NCBI RefSeq assembly: GCF_001194135.2
Contig: NC_068983.1
Coordinates: forward strand, 99,630,105 to 99,694,104
Length of the DNA: 64,000 nt
Direction: 5' to 3'
DNA from: Octopus bimaculoides
Lineage: Eukaryota
In this document: positions 10,839 through 25,911 of the stretch, one piece after another
How positions within the stretch are numbered: the first letter of the stretch is position 1
Layout of the letters: each line of letters opens with the position of its first letter
Notes under the pieces: generated by a model
Database searches by the model: none
Told to the model about the DNA's origin: nothing
Seen by the model: only the letters and a program-made list of their open reading frames with translations
Position numbers and translations under genes: made by a program

Positions 10839-13800
10839 NNNNNNNNNNNNNNNNNNNNNNNNNNNNNNNNNNNNNNNNNNNNNNNNNNNNNNNNNNNNNN
10901 NNNNNNNNNNNNNNNNNNNNNNNNNNNNNNNNNNNNNNNNNNNNNNNNNNNNNNNNNNNNNNNNNNNNNNNNNNNNNNNNNNNNNNNNNNNNNNNNNNNN
11001 NNNNNNNNNNNNNNNNNNNNNNNNNNNNNNNNNNNNNNNNNNNNNNNNNNNNNNNNNNNNNNNNNNNNNNNNNNNNNNNNNNNNNNNNNNNNNNNNNNNN
11101 NNNNNNNNNNNNNNNNNNNNNNNNNNNNNNNNNNNNNNNNNNNNNNNNNNNNNNNNNNNNNNNNNNNNNNNNNNNNNNNNNNNNNNNNNNNNNNNNNNNN
11201 NNNNNNNNNNNNNNNNNNNNNNNNNNNNNNNNNNNNNNNNNNNNNNATACGTAGTAGTAATATATATATATATATAACTTAAGGATCCTCTTCCAGAAAA
11301 GCAAAAAAAAAAAAAAATGAAGGAAATGTTTTACTTTTGTATCCTGTGTAGGTAACGTAAGATGTTAGCTAAATAAAATTTCAGTGAGATGCAATTTCAA
11401 CTGTCTCACTGTCAAATTTGTTTTTAAATGGTCAAATGAATCTTTGTGGATAAATGAGTTTCAGGAACACTGTAAAACAACAAAATCATAACTAATAAAA
11501 CAAGTAATAATATCATGAAAGAATTGAAAGAGAGAAAATGTGTAAGAAGAGAATTATTAGGTGACAGAAAGCCTCACTGAAAATAAGATTAAAGAGGCTA
11601 GATCATATTAACAATAGGTTCAATTAGTAGATATTGTGTTAATAATCTATTCTTAAATACACTTAACGATATTGTATGTGATATCCCTCAATAACTGAGT
11701 GAGCATTCATTGATATTTGAGGCAACCAAGAAAAAAAACACTTCCTAGTCAGACATTCAAAAATATAATCATGAAAATGCATTTAAAACAATAAAATACT
11801 GTTTAAACAAAATGTGTGTCTGTGTGTGTCTGTGTTTAGTGGTGGTGGGGAGTATGATCTATAAGTATAGCTAAAAAGAAGGCATTAAGTATTGAACTAA
11901 TGTGTAAGAATCTATTCAGGGGAAAAAGCTTTGTAGCAATAATTAAAAAAGAATTAAGCGTTTGACTAAATCGTAAGAATCTCTTGAAAATAATGTATAA
12001 CTATTCAGTTTGAAGAGAAAGACAGTAATGGTAGAGTAAGAAAAGAAAAAAAAAAACACGAGAATGAATAAACTAAATTTTTTAATTACATAAGCTCTAT
12101 GTTGATGGATAGCTCTCACATGTAGACAAAGGACTGGACTAGAGAATTAGAAGGAGGGTTGTTTTAATAAAACCTCATTATGATAGACATCATCCAGTTT
12201 GGGTCATTTCACAGGCAATCTATTAAAATGCTCATTTTTTTTTTTAAACCTTGAATATCGGATTTGTTAGAATGTTGTATTGATTAAGATTAGAACAATA
12301 AAGTCACTGTACAGAAAACAAGAATACATTTAATACACTATCTCCATGTTGTGATATGTCTAATAAGTAAGTAAAAGCTCTTTTAATGATTATATTAAAA
12401 CGTCTGCCTAGGAAAAAATGTAAATAGACCACAAAAATCTAAATTAGATGTTTCACAAAGTATAATTTGTATAATTTGCTACCATGCAATTCTGAATCCA
12501 AATTGCATTGAAAAGTAACAAAGTATCTTCTCTCAAGATTTGCTTTGTGTTTAGAAAATAACGACCCTGACAAGGGTTGATGACTATTCTTATATAGTGA
12601 TCTGATTGAGTTTCTCAGTGTTCATTTAAACAGCAGCACACACATAGTTTGGTTGCATTGAAAGTAATTTCATGACCTATTTCCCAGTTAAATTTCACAA
12701 TAAGTTACTCTCATGTAGTAAAACTTGATCCATGAATATCAGATACATGACCTTGCCTAGAAAGAGTCACTCAGCAAAATGCTGGATCAGAAAGCTTAAC
12801 TTTCGCTAAGGAGTCAGTTTGATCTCTCTGGTGTCAAGGAGGTCATCAACTGGAGAAGATTATGTCAATTTGGTGACCTGCAGTAAACAAATTATCAAAA
12901 AATTGGTGCTAAATTTCGGAGGCAGATGTCATTTCCACTCAAGAACAATCCAAATAAACATCAAATGTGATCTGAATTGCCTTGATATTAGTACTGCTTG
13001 ACATAATTCTGAATATTAGAATTGTAAACTTTCGAAAAGTAGCAGCAAAGGTAGTAAAGAATATTAGTTAAATAACTGTGAGATAGCCTACTTATATAAT
13101 TGACAATATTATTATGAGAAAGACAGCAAGTGGCAAAAAATGGTCAGATAGTTTTTAGTTACATCCCTTTACATTCAAAATGAAAATCCAACTACTAACA
13201 ACTTTACCTTTTTATTCTTCTATGGTTGGAAAAATAATGGGCTTATTTAAGTCAACTATACCCCTCACACAAATTTTATGGTTTTGTCTGAATATTAGAA
13301 ATTAATGATATTATTACAGTAAGATTAAAAGTAGTTAAAGCTGTGATGTTAACTGAAGTAAGACATTCAAAGAACAGATAAATGAAGAAAAATTTAGGTA
13401 AGACTGCCGAGTTCATTAGTATGTGATGTAACCAAAACAATACTGAAATCGTATTTGTTTAATGTTTTTTGAGAAACATATACTTGCTCATAAACCACAG
13501 CTGTTTCTGTGTCAAATTAAAGTAATTAATGAAAAAGTAAGCTGACACAGTTTGTGAATCATGATATTGTAAGAGAGTGGGCAAGTTCTTAATATTTCAA
13601 CACTATACAGATATGTGTTGAGTAATTTCTTTTTTAAGTCTTATAAAACATACAAATGAAGATTAGCTCTTTGAAACATATTTATATCAAAGGTAGTCTG
13701 CATTATATTCTGGATTAAGGTTCAAAAAGAAACTTGTCTAAAAGGAATGAGTAGGAATTGAAAGATTCCTTTGTCAGTGTCAGCTTCTAAACAGAATTAG

Positions 13801-15607
13801 CAAATGGACTAACAAATAGAAACTCATATATAATAAATGACAGCAACTGAATACAAATTAGCAACCAGGTATGGAAATGCCACTTTGAGAGATTACAAAG
13901 CAAGAAGTGGTGCTTAAGTAGAAAAGTGTTCATGCCTTACCTACACAATCCAAAAAGAATAAAAGAACTATTTAATACTGCACATCTAATGTTGCTACTT
14001 TAAAATGATGCTTGATGTTATTTCTAGATGAAAGCAAATTATTCACTTGTTAACTATGATTCCATTTCAACATTGAACAATTATCAAATCCCTGATCAGG
14101 AATAATTGAGATGATGAAAATGCCAGGATGAGTTCTTGCTACATCAAGCAATAACTTAGTTAATCAGATTGTGTAGGAAAAAAATTATCCATGATAACTA
14201 ACAGAACAGAAAAAGCCATAGTAAAGTTGAACAAGATGCAGTTTGATTATGCACCTGGATGTTATATTTCTGATGTAACATTGGGAAATTTTTTGCTTTT
14301 TGATGTCATCTAAGCAATGAGTTAGATATGAAGGATTGGTTTGTTCAATGCATGAAAAAAGCTTAAAATAGTGCTAAGATTAACAGTAAGCTCAGGGAAC
14401 AATAAAGTACAACAATGTTCTGCTCTTAGCTCTCTTCTCTTCCTTCTGATTCCTGTAGCAAACTCAAAGAAGTCCAAGATTAAATGTCCCTAAAGTACCT
14501 AGTTAATATTATCTTATGACAAAACAAACTAGAGTTTTGATGACAGGCTAAGAATTACTCAGATTAAAACTTTTGAAGAAAAAAAATGCTAAGTTATAAC
14601 ATTTATGTCTTTACTGATCTCACTGAAAGCTTACCCACTCTCATTACAAATTAACACTACTGTTACACGAAATGAATGACCAATGTTAACAACAAGATGT
14701 CAAACAAAAATTAAAACTACTGTATTGAACACAAATCAACCAAATTACAACAGATCTAAGCACAGATATCAAGTACAGTTTCCTTGGATATCATCAGAAA
14801 TATTGAAGTCCTGTCCTAAAATTAAGTTAGTAATTTATAAAATTAGTGTTTGATGAAAATATTTTCAATTTCATTTTAGGCCGTTTTATTTGCCTGACAC
14901 CATGAAGAAATAAGTTCAAGTGGTAATGTTTTACATAGGAGAACTTTTCTAGCAAACATCCTGGCTTACTTCATTTTTTGTTGGTATTTCAAAGCTTTAC
15001 AAGTCCACATTTCTAATATATGCATCATACAAATCTAAACAGAGTTGGGAGTCAATCATTATTGAATCATATTGTTTTGTGCTCCAAATTTCTGTATTTT
15101 CTACACTCATTTTTTTATGTAGAGAACAGAAACCATAAGTAACTTTTCAAACTTTAAAACTAAAACCAGAAAGACAAAACACAAGATATAGCTAATTAGT
15201 ACAAGTAAACAGATCATATCAATTTTGACTACGATAACAATATCTTCTACACTATGATATTTTGACAGATATTTAACGGTTTTTCAACATAATGGAAGAG
15301 AATGAACTGAATTCTATGAGAACTTTTAAATGCAAATGACCTGGTTCTCATTAAAGAATCAGTCAAAGAACTACAGAAGGAATCTGAAGTTTAATACAAT
15401 TGAGTCAAGGAGATTTATGTGTAAAATAGCTATAACAAAATTGAACATCTTTAATAATAGCTATAACTAATAAAATAAGCATTAAATAGGTTAAGCACTA
15501 ACAATGTGCCTATGTCAGTTAAACTCATCATCTTTGAAATTAAAATTTACACTAGAATTAAACATTCTAAGTGGTCCATATATTTAATAAATTCTTCCCA
15601 AACTTAC

Positions 15608-15750
15608 TTTCTCCATCCTATGAGAGGTTTCTGTCTTTCTATTTCAGTTTGAAAAAGAAGAGACAAAGAAGCCAAACTCCAAGCAAGCAGCAAAAGAATT
15701 CCTGCAATGAGGATCCGTATAGGTGCAATGGTGAAAGACATCACTCCAAT
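15608..15750 (-). CDS. LPCAT2: LPCAT1/2-like, coding exon 2 (IGVMSFTIAPIRILIAGILLLLAWSLASLSLLFQTEIERQKPLIGWR), transmembrane segment
   Basis: 143 nt, acceptor TTCTATTTCAG|ATT, donor AA|GTAAGT; phase 0 in, phase 2 out. Aligns by eye with LPCAT2 IVLLGIILLPIRVLLVALILLLAW...PITGWR. Confidence 0.93.
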
Positions 15751-15832
15751 CTGAAATAGAATTAGAAAATGTAAATACCATGAATAAACTACTATCAATA
15801 TTCTGATAAACAAAATAAAAACAATTTATTAC

Positions 15833-16630
15833 AGGTGTGGCTGTGTGTTAAGAAGTTTGTTTCTCAATCACATGGTTCCAGGTTCAGTCTCACTAAAAGA
15901 CACTCTGGGCAAGTGTCTTGCACTATTGTTCTGGTCCAACCAAAGCTTTGTGAGTGGATTTGGTAGACAGAAACTGTAAGCCGCCTATCATATATATCCT
16001 CATCACCAACATTGTTTAATGTCCACCTTCCATGCTGGCATGGGCTGGATAGTTTGACATGAAGCTGGCTAGCAGGAAGCTGTCCAGATTCCAGTTGTCT
16101 GTTGTGGCATAGTTACTACAGCTGGATGCCCTTCCTAATGCCAACTAATTAATTAACAGTGTGCTGAGTGCTTTTCACATGCCACTGGTGTGAATGCGTT
16201 TACGCAGCACCAGCACAGGTGCTTTTTATGTGGCACCTGAAAGGACAAGCCTGTATATGTGGAAGACAACAATGATTTTACTTAGCTTGACATGTCTTAT
16301 CAAGTACAGCAAACTGCTACATCTCCAGGTCCCTTGTCATTTCCTCAGTGAGGCCCAGCATCCAAGGATCCTTTCTCACAAACTTGTCCCACATCTTCCT
16401 GGGTCTACTCCTTCCACAGATATCCTCCGCTACTAGAACTTGGCACTTCTTTATGCAGCTGTCCTCATATATATGTGCATGTGTGTATGTATAGATCTAT
16501 GTGAGTGTGTATTTGTCCCCCCACCCTGCCAGTCACTTGACAACTTGTGTTGGTTTGTTTATGTCCTCATAACTTAGTGACACGGCAAAAGAGAATAGAA
16601 TAAGTACCAGGCTTAAAATGAAAAATAAGT
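15833..16630 (+). mobile_element. tRNA-derived SINE (family C/E) interrupted by a minus-strand RTE 3' fragment (about 16000-16460)
   Basis: Head GTGTTAAGAAGTTTGTTTCTCAATCACATGGTTCCAGGTTCAGT..., then a reversed RTE-3'UTR sequence, then the SINE body resumes at about 16470. Confidence 0.7.
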
Positions 16631-18164
16631 TGTGCAACTTGACAACGGAGAGGGGTCAAACAATGAATTCAATTGTATAATAAACAAATTATTAAATAAC
16701 AGATGCTGTAATTCAGGATGTTTTAAATTAGTCAGGGTATTTTCAACTACAACAGGTTCCAATGAGATTTGAAAAACAATGCAAATTATGGATGAAAACT
16801 CAAACTATCTTATTTATTAATTCCTAAATGAATTTATTTATAAAAAGAGAGGGAGTGGATTTCAACTTGACAAAAAAAATTATTCCAAGGAATTTTAACA
16901 ATAAAATGTTTGGCACTGTGAGGTGAGGTTAGTTGTGTGTGTGTGTGTGCAGGAGAGAGAGAGAGAGAGAGAGAGAAAGGGGTATTAAAAAATATATTTT
17001 TTAAATTTAAAAATTGAAATTTGAATTTGGGTTCAAATGAATAAAAATAATTTGTTCTTTATTATTTTTTATTAAAATTCAAATTCTTCCGTATCTGTTT
17101 TATTAAGCTCATGAAATCATTTCAGTTTTGTAACTTAGAATATTAAACTAAAACAGAAATAAAGTGGAAAAATCCTCAAAAAAGATATAACTAATTAAAT
17201 TTTCTTGACCAATATCAGTAGCAGAATGGAAATCTAAAGCACTTTACTGACCCTCCCTGTATACATAACTACTGCATTTATAGAAACTACAAGTCACATA
17301 CACACACACACACACACACAATCCTGGAAGCTGACATTTTGTTGACTATACAGCTTTGGCATCTTTGAGAAGTCAAATTCAAGTGTAAATTACTTCCAAT
17401 CTATTCAAATCTATTTCAACTTTGTATAATATTTACTTCAGCACTTTATAAATTAGTCTGTTCACAAAGGTCAGACAAAACTAAGTTCAGGTTGCACATT
17501 TCCAGTATTACCCTGTAAAAATGTTTGTCTGATTTCATACTTTGATTTTATGCCAGTAAGAGCAGAGCTTATACTGTTAATAACTGATAATGAAGGTTGA
17601 CTTCCTAAATAACCCTTGTTACTTAATTAGTAGCGCAATAGATGAAAGAGAAAAAAAAAAAAAAAAAAAAAAAAAATCAAGAGAATTATTTCAACCTAGG
17701 AAGAAAATGAATTATCATAAAATGTGACATACAAGTCATCTTTTTAATCTAAAAATATCAAGGACCCAACTTACTGAGTGAGGTAAACATGTGGAGCAGA
17801 TATAACAACTACTATGCACACTCTCACTCCAGCAAGTTGCCACATATTTTCACTTGAAGCTTGAATTCAGTGAACTTAATTTATTTAATACTAGATTAAC
17901 AGTGGCATAAGATAATAAAAAGCAGTATATATCTACAAAAAGGCACTTGCTGTTTTCAACTATAGCACAATAATGAATTCGTGACAGCACAATAATGACT
18001 GATGGGTGTCACAGAAAATATTATTTACTATAACATTTAGTTAATGGGCAAGAATCATGTTTCATATATGGTTGATGTAGCATAATTTTGACCTACAGAG
18101 AAAAATAATATATAATAAATTGGAGCTATAGCAAGTCGATGATAAATAATTATTTCTAATTTTG

Positions 18165-18366
18165 GCATAAGGTTAGCAATTTTAAGGGAAGGAGTTCTTC
18201 GAGTACATTAATACCAGTGCTCAGCTGGTACTTAATTTTATTGACCTCAAAAGAATGAAAGGCAAAGTCTACCTCAGTAGAACTTGAACCCAGAACTTGA
18301 AGAAGGACAAAATGCTGCTAAGATTTTTATCCCGCATGCTAACAATTCTGCCAGCTTGCTGCCTTA
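18165..18366 (+). mobile_element. Short interspersed repeat (family D)
   Basis: TTTTGGCATAAGG...CTGGTACTTAATTTTATTGACC...GAAAGGCAAAGT...GCTAAG...CTGCCAGCT. Further copies at about 31795-32006, 46710-47240, 56295-56490 and 56535-56755. Confidence 0.8.
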
Positions 18367-18689
18367 GTTTAATGATAAATAACAGCAGTGAATTAAATGT
18401 AAGCACTGACATTATGGCATTCTTTTGAACAGCTCTAAAAACATTTGATGCTAACTGAAATTAAACTTAACAAGTACTGCAATTCTAAAACCATAACTCA
18501 GAAATATTTAACAAATTTTAATTCCAAGGTTAATTATGCTTAAAAAAAAAAAGATATATTTTATTGATAATAAATAAAATGAAAAATTAAATTTTAAAAT
18601 CCTCCAAAGTATAGTCATCAATATTGCTCATCTGGTGTAACGAAATCAGCATATGGATCTTAATCCCTGGAAGTTTCTATTTCTTTGGA

Positions 18690-19600
18690 AATTTTCGTTA
18701 CTCTCTTCTTCATGATTTTCTTTTCACAACAAACTGCCTTCTCCTACATTCATTGTCTTTGGAATGCCACACTTTAAAAAACGATTTGATGACAGTTTCA
18801 ACATGTACACCAGCTGAAAATTATATCTCAAAAATCAAACACATCTAATAGTGAAGCATACATATTACACTCTCCATGAATGGTTTTTCTCTCTTAACCA
18901 TCTACTTGTTCCCCTCCACATGAATATTGTTTCTAAAAGGTATATTTGAGAAGCTAACACAAATATTAATCTCATGAAAATTACTGCAGTTATAGTATTG
19001 CTTCATTATAGTTGCTTTTTGACATTGCTTCATAAGTGGAATCCAAACATTGTCCCAAAGCAACAAGTTTTTCCCTTTGTTAAACCACATTTTCAATTTA
19101 TAGATGTACCCCCAGCTTCATCCATTCTTATAAATACGAACAAAAACACCTGGAAAAAACTTGATATATAGCAAAGCTTTTCATTTATGATAAACTTTGG
19201 CAATTTAGAGAAATTCAGTGAATATTTAAGTCAATGTTAAAGTCTCTTACCACTAAGCATACAGATAAGTATCACAGAAAGAACAGAAGTGCTCACTGTT
19301 TCTTTTGAAAATTTAAAAACCTGAAAGAAAGGTCATCTAAAAACATGAGGAAAAGAACACTTAAAAGGAAAGTGTCATTTATCTTACACTAGAAGTAAAT
19401 AGTACAACAGGTTGGACAATGAGTGCAATTGTAGAAAATTTGTGCATAACTTCTTCACCCTGATAAGATGCAGATGCACAGGAAGGGACTCTTTTAAAAG
19501 TTTGATTTGTTTCAGAATTCAGAATTCCACTCCAACTTTTCTAGCAGAAACTAATGCATGATTTTCAACTTGAAGAACAGATTCATAGGCCTGAGAATTT
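18690..19600 (-). mobile_element. Decayed pogo/Tigger-type DDE transposase
   Basis: Across frameshifts: FPGVFVRI..(GW)MDE, LLLWDN, PF, ETVIKSFLKCGI...EGSLL*KE, matching the DDE_1 family layout. Confidence 0.65.
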
Positions 19601-21379
19601 TGCATGTCTATTTCCAAAGCCTGATTTATGAGTGAAGACAGAGTTAAGAGTTTTGTTTTCCAAGCAGAAGAAATTTCTATATTCCACGAATCACAAATAT
19701 ATTTTTCAGTATGTATCAGCCATGACGCTTTTAATGTTACAGTCTGAGTTTCTGAACAGACTCAACCGACTTCATGGTCGATTATTTATGATTAGTGAGC
19801 TGATGTTGTGCTACAACTTCTGTGGCAGGCAGAATGAAAGTATCTTTAAAAGTAGTTCAAGTATCATAACAGGTAGTGCAATAATTTCAAAATTTTCTGG
19901 TGAAACAGGAATTTACTAGGATTGTCAGATAAGAGTCACGAGCTCCTTTGACTGCATAACACACAAAGAGAAACGGTTAATACCTTTAAGGTGTGTTAAA
20001 ACCCAGAGGATGGGGTGCTATCACATTCCATCCTGATGACTGTACCATTTAGTAAATCAAACTGAAATCTGAATAACCCAAGATAAATGTTGACTTAAAT
20101 TTAGCTTTAATTCACTAAAGGTCCCACTGGCATCTACAGGCAGAATTGTAGAGACAGAGAGAGTAGTATACAGGAGTATTTATAGCACCAATAACAAGTG
20201 GTAATTGTAAAATATTGTTGCAATCCAATAACCATTACATTTACATAAAAGTATTTCAACAACACATTGTAACCACTAACCCACTATTCTGCTGTTCCTT
20301 TCTTTGTCACCTCCTCCATTAAACTATTATAACAGTTTGGGCTCTTCTCCTCCTCTTATCTATACTTCCTCAGTTCACACATACACAAAGTCCACATTAA
20401 ACAATTTTCATAATCTTTCCTTCCCAGAAATGCAATCATTTAGAACTTTCCCCATGCCCACAAATGACCTCACCAATGAAGAAAGCTAATCGTGACATCA
20501 GTGCCTGTTCTGATACTAATTTTCTATATATTACTGGTTGAGGGATGAGTCACAGCTTCCTCTAGTAGTTGAGTGTCCATTATTGATGAAACCAAGGAAG
20601 GTCAAAATCACATGACCTGGTGGTTTTGGCACTGGAGTCAGTGGGAATTTATCTCCCTGCCAGTGATATAAACAAGTATGCATTTCACACCAAAAGCCTA
20701 TATGAGAGTTTCTTTCATGGTATCTACTGCAGTAAAATTTGTTCTAACAGAACATCTATGTTTACTAATACTATCTCAGTATTCTTCTGTGGCTAATATA
20801 TATTATTTATTAATCAAGAAGGCTTTCAATGACTATAAGCACTGCTCTCCACTTGAATTAAACACAAAATATTGGGATACTGTGAAGAAAAAAAAATCTC
20901 TCACATGATCAAATGTGAACGTCAAAATGAGATGAATGGGGCCCAAGACTTCTTCTGATCACACAATTGAAGGACTTGAACTTCAAACAAAATACTCAAC
21001 TGCTCAGTACTGTTGCACCTAGGTGAGCTGAATAGTAAAGATTTGAGTATATCAGCCACTGACACTGTGCAACAGTTGTGACAAGATATAACCCACTATC
21101 AGGATACCAGACAACGATTTAACAGCTGGTTGACTGATATCTTATTAAATGGACCAGCAGTGGCTCTACTGAAATATTTGAGAAAGAGAAAATATAAGAA
21201 AACAATTTATTTATTTGAGATAGTTTCTCACTACTGGAATAACTATTTGTTAGATGTACTTCAACTGAAAAGAATGGATCCTGTTGCCAGACAAGCAGAA
21301 CTATGCTCAGGGAGAAAGCAACAGCTGCTCTAAGCTTTGAACTTATAACCTAGTTATCAATATAGACAAGTTAGTTTCA

Positions 21380-22020
21380 ACAGTGTCATGCCATTTGCTA
21401 CAGTCCTTCCGACATTTTCAACTTCTACAAGCTTTTTCCACTTATATCACTTGACAATCCTTCACCCAGCTGTTATCCTTCATAAACATCATAAGTCTGT
21501 GCAAATACAGTATTCTCTCTTGCACACTGTAGCCGATGCTTCTTATACTCATTTCTTCCCCACACACACACTTTACTCATTGTGCTCCATCATTCATGTG
21601 TGCTATCATTATATATCCAGCAGAGCACACTTAGCTCATTTCTTTCTGGTCTTCATATGTCTTTCATCTTCAGTAACCATATAGCTGAACCATGAAATAC
21701 TAGACTTTATACACTAGTATCATACAGCCTGTTCCTTCACGGGATTAGAAAAGCCCTTTGCTGTTAACAGAAGTAATTCCTCTCTAAGCTATTGCCAACA
21801 CATCCTGACACTGGTTACTATGTTTTCACAACACTAACCATCACTGCTGATCATAAGCTATTAAGCTTTTCGAACAATTGAGAAACTCCATTTCTTGGAT
21901 TTCTCTTTTTACTAGCAGCTCACATGAAGCTATTTGAAATACTTCTCTATAAGCCTACCAAAGTTCTCACTGCACGTTCTCTGCCACCAATGTTTGCACT
22001 GGATACACAGTATAGATTTC
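21380..22020 (-). mobile_element. RTE LINE ORF2 C-terminal fragment
   Basis: SILCIQCKHW..RTCS..GRLIEK, then AKGFS..KGRLYD...FHGS..W..ERNE across stops. Confidence 0.75.
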
Positions 22021-22399
22021 TAACTTGTTCTCTTTTGGGATATCAAATATGATGGCTTTCTTATTTTATAGTAATTGTTTTTCTGAAAATCATTAACAAG
22101 TTATTTATTGCAAAATATTGAAAATTTGATTTAGCTTTTGAACAGCAATTTATGCACAATGTAAGCAAAAGCAAAATTACTCATCTTTTGAGCAGGCCAC
22201 CCAAACATTGTATCTTACATGGGAAACCATAGGATTTGAAAGAGAAAAGCCATAGATTAAAAGTTTTAAAACTGAACTTATAAACCTAGCCTAAGATTAT
22301 TTTAGCATATAAATATTTTGGCAAATGGAGCTAACGACAATTTAAACTAAGAAACCATGTACCTATTCTTCACAGTAATGGTTACTTATCATAGTAAAT

Positions 22400-24600
22400 T
22401 TAGTAGTAATGTCTAGTGACCATCATTCAAGAAAAATGAAGACCTGATCAAAGCAGTCTTGTAAAAAACTAATAACATTCATTAATAACTGGATTCAAAG
22501 ATACTGTTGATTAATCAAAGTGTACTAGCTCCCATAAAAATACAGTCACAGATTATATTGTGAACTGCTTCATCTCAATCCAAGTAATATAAAAATATCA
22601 TAACTACAAGTAATGTATTTTGTAATTTCTAGAATAAGCTCCCCAATGATAGGCAATCCCTGAACATATTTGTAATCAATCTTAATCCACATGAATAGGA
22701 GTGCATGTTGGCATGCTTAAGTAAACATCCACTGGTTTAAACAATTGTTCAGGATCCTGGGATAGTCATGAGAAGAAAGTTAACTACTGGGAATGCAACA
22801 GATCTCTTAGTAAATTCTCTTATCTCAGTCAATCCCAGTTCTCCGATGAATGTTCAGTATTAGCAAAGGCATCCTGTTTTTATTTTCTTACTTTCTTTTA
22901 ACACATTCTTAATATAATCAGAACCATCTAACCTGACAATATGAATACATCAAATGTTCTAATTTCTCAACTATATACAATATTGCTTACTACTCTTCTT
23001 TACAATAGATAATATCTACTGCTGTAGTTCATCTTTCTGTAAGTTGTTTGAAGTTATATGGACTTGATAGATACTAAGTGGTTTTGTTAAGATCATTATT
23101 GAAAGTTGTACAGCTGCTATCACTTTAGTGTTATTAAGTTATCTTCAAGAAGTTCTTCAACTGATAAAGTCATTAAAGTGGCTTACTTATGTTTGTGTAA
23201 AAAGCTGATTTACATTTTTGTTTTATGTATTTAACAAGACTTTTCTGTCCCCCCCCCTCCCACCTTTTATTATTTAAACAATATACTTAGGCTTAGTATT
23301 TTTATTTTTATTTTATTTTTTCCATGCTTTAAGTTCACAAAGAGAATCAAATGATCTGGAAATAGAAATTCTTTCAGAAAAAATATGTTGAAAGCTACTG
23401 TTTTATTTAATGGGATTAAACTGAGAGTCTCAAAGAACATCTGACAGAATTTTAAACTCATTGTTGCATTTATTAGGAGTGTGTCACCTTCATGACAATT
23501 ATTCATAAATGTCATAAATTTTACAAACATCACATGCCAAATTCATTATTTTGCAATCTCATATCATTTTTTTTTTTTTTTTAACTGTTCCATGCTGTAC
23601 AACACTTTGGTTCATCAACACTCACTATGCATCATCGTTTCTTTGGGCAATTTTGCAGCCTACAAGATGAGAAGTTACTAACCCCTGAATTCAATACTCT
23701 TCCATTTCTGGAGAAAAGAACATTATGAGTAGCTTCCTTAGATCCTCTCACAGTACAGTGTAGCTAATTGTGAGAAAAAGAGAAACAACAACAAAATAAC
23801 CAACCCTGATACTTGACTTGTATTTTATCGACATATGGAGGATGAAAGACAAAACTAACCACAACAGGATTTGAACTCAAAATGCAAAGAACTGGAACAC
23901 TTACTAGAAAACATTTGTACAACATTTAAAGTGTTCTGCAAACAATTTTTATTAATCCAGTACAAACACCACATATCATATGATGTATCTTAACAATGCT
24001 TTCCCCTAGTTTTGATTGTCCAATCCTCATTACTTAATCTGTCAACAGTTACTCCTCTCTCATTCATAAATCTAGTCCATAAAGTAAATGATAATAATAC
24101 AAATACACTAGTTAAGATTACTATTATTCTGAATATATTCTTTAAGTTATTCCAAAGTACTTACAAATATCTCCAACATTACTGCAACTAATAAATTTCA
24201 ATAAAGCATTAACTGTTTGCAGGGCTATTCAGACAGCCTTGCAGTTAATGTTTCATGCCTCTTAACTAATTCTCAAAAATCTTTATAATTCTGTTCACTT
24301 TTTTCCTGAAGCTATCATTACAATTGTTTGAAGTAAATTTTATACTTTCCAAAACACACTTCTATTAATTTAGTTCTATATTAATATTTCATCATTATGT
24401 AACATAGTGTCTATTTGAGATTTTGCTCCACCCACATATAAACTGATCTTTAATTATAAACAGTTAGTCTCTCAAGATAGATCAGCTGTTCTTTCAAGGT
24501 CACATATTTTTGTAAACATGGAAATAGACCCTCACAAAGGTCATTTTCTAAAACTTACCATAACTAACTAGTCTATACCTTTCTTTATTATCATAAGCAT
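22400..24600 (-). mobile_element. Possible second, heavily eroded Ty3/Gypsy pol
   Basis: Weak motif traces in RT-RH-IN order: KC.L.SIKF (about 24350), KFKILSD (about 23450), PIHVD (about 22700). Many stops. Confidence 0.35.
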
Positions 24601-24765
24601 AAAGCACAACAACTTAGTGTTATGTAGGAAACAAATTTCTAAATTATATTATGATTTCACAAATAATCAATGGAAATTCTTAAGAGAAAATATTGGTTTG
24701 GTTTAATAGAGCCTTGGGTTTTATAAACAAAGATTTGATTAAATATTTTTTGACATTTCTGTTAA

Positions 24766-24986
24766 CCCTTTTGTTACCAGCCTGCCTGAGACTGCCCCTG
24801 GTTCTAGGACACAAACATCCTGTTTTAAAGTGATCTAAATTAAAATCTTCCATCAAAATTTCCTGCTATTTAACTTCTCAGTACCAACTTAATAATGACA
24901 AAATTATTTTACTAAATTCTTAATTATTTTAAAAATTAATTGAAACAAAGGGAGTATATTTCAACAGAAGTAGGGTAATGAAAGGG
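24766..24986. mobile_element. piggyBac-type MITE
   Basis: TTAA|CCCTTTTGTTACC ... GGTAATGAAAGGG terminal inverted repeats; the right TTAA is degenerate. Confidence 0.65.
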
Positions 24987-25060
24987 TTTCTACTTTTGCA
25001 GTCATATTAACTTGCTTCATAAGCAAGCAATCTGGAAATTTGATATGAAGTTTTTATTTT

Positions 25061-25092
<32 letters not shown>

Positions 25093-25484
25093 CAAATAAT
25101 ATTTCAACCATCTGTGATTCTGAAAGCCCAATGAAAATGAGTTGTATTGAATTTAATTAAATCTCCCTTTGAGAATGGCTTTGCTGATAATATGATTCTG
25201 GTGTCCAGGAGAATAATAAAAAAAAAAGTGATGAAATTACATAAAAGATCATTTACTTACTCTTTAAATGTTGATGATATTGCTAATGATATTATTAGTA
25301 TTGATAATACAGTAGTTGTTAATGGTACTTTTGATAGTATTTAGCTGTCCTTCTAGGTCCTAAGTGCAAATCCCATTATGGTTAACTTAACATTTTATCC
25401 TTCAAAGGTTGATTAAATAAATGTCAGTAATATAGGTACCTATTATCAACAGCTATTAAAACATGGGTGTGATAAAAGGCACAG

Positions 25485-25911
25485 GCATAAATGTGTGATA
25501 AGAAGCTTGCTTCCTAACCACATTTTAGGCTCAGTCCTACTGCATGGCACCTTAGGCTTTCTTCAATTATAGTCCTGAGCCAACCAAAGTCTTATGAGAG
25601 GATTTCATAGATGGAAACTGAAAGAAGCCCATCATGTATGTGAGAGTGTGTGTGTATACATACATACATACATACATAATACAGACATACATACACATAC
25701 ACACGTTTGTATCTGTGTGCTTACCACACAACACCACCACTGCTTGAGAACCAGTGTTGGTTTCTCTATGTCCTGCTAACTTAGCAGTTCAGCAAAAGAG
25801 ATTGATAGAATAAGCACTAAGCTTTTAAATAAGTACTGGGGCAATTTGTTCAAGGTAGTGCCCCAGCATGGCTGCAGCCCGATAATTGAAACAAGTAAAT
25901 GATTAAAGATA
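25485..25911 (+). mobile_element. Full-length tRNA-derived SINE (family C/E) with internal microsatellite
   Basis: tRNA-like head, GAAACTGAAAGAAGCCC, (CA/TA) microsatellite, body and tail GGTAGTGCCCCAGCATGG...GAAACAAGTAAA. Reverse copies at about 32480-32825, 60300-60670 and 62555-62985; heads at about 51757 and 61710. Confidence 0.8.

Noticed and set aside
13850-14420. Possible Tc1 remnant (FLDESK-like); similar hints at about 38300-39100, 47350-47650 (pogo) and 30500-31000 (hAT)
   Set aside because: Only one or two short motif traces each; too eroded to support without a profile search.
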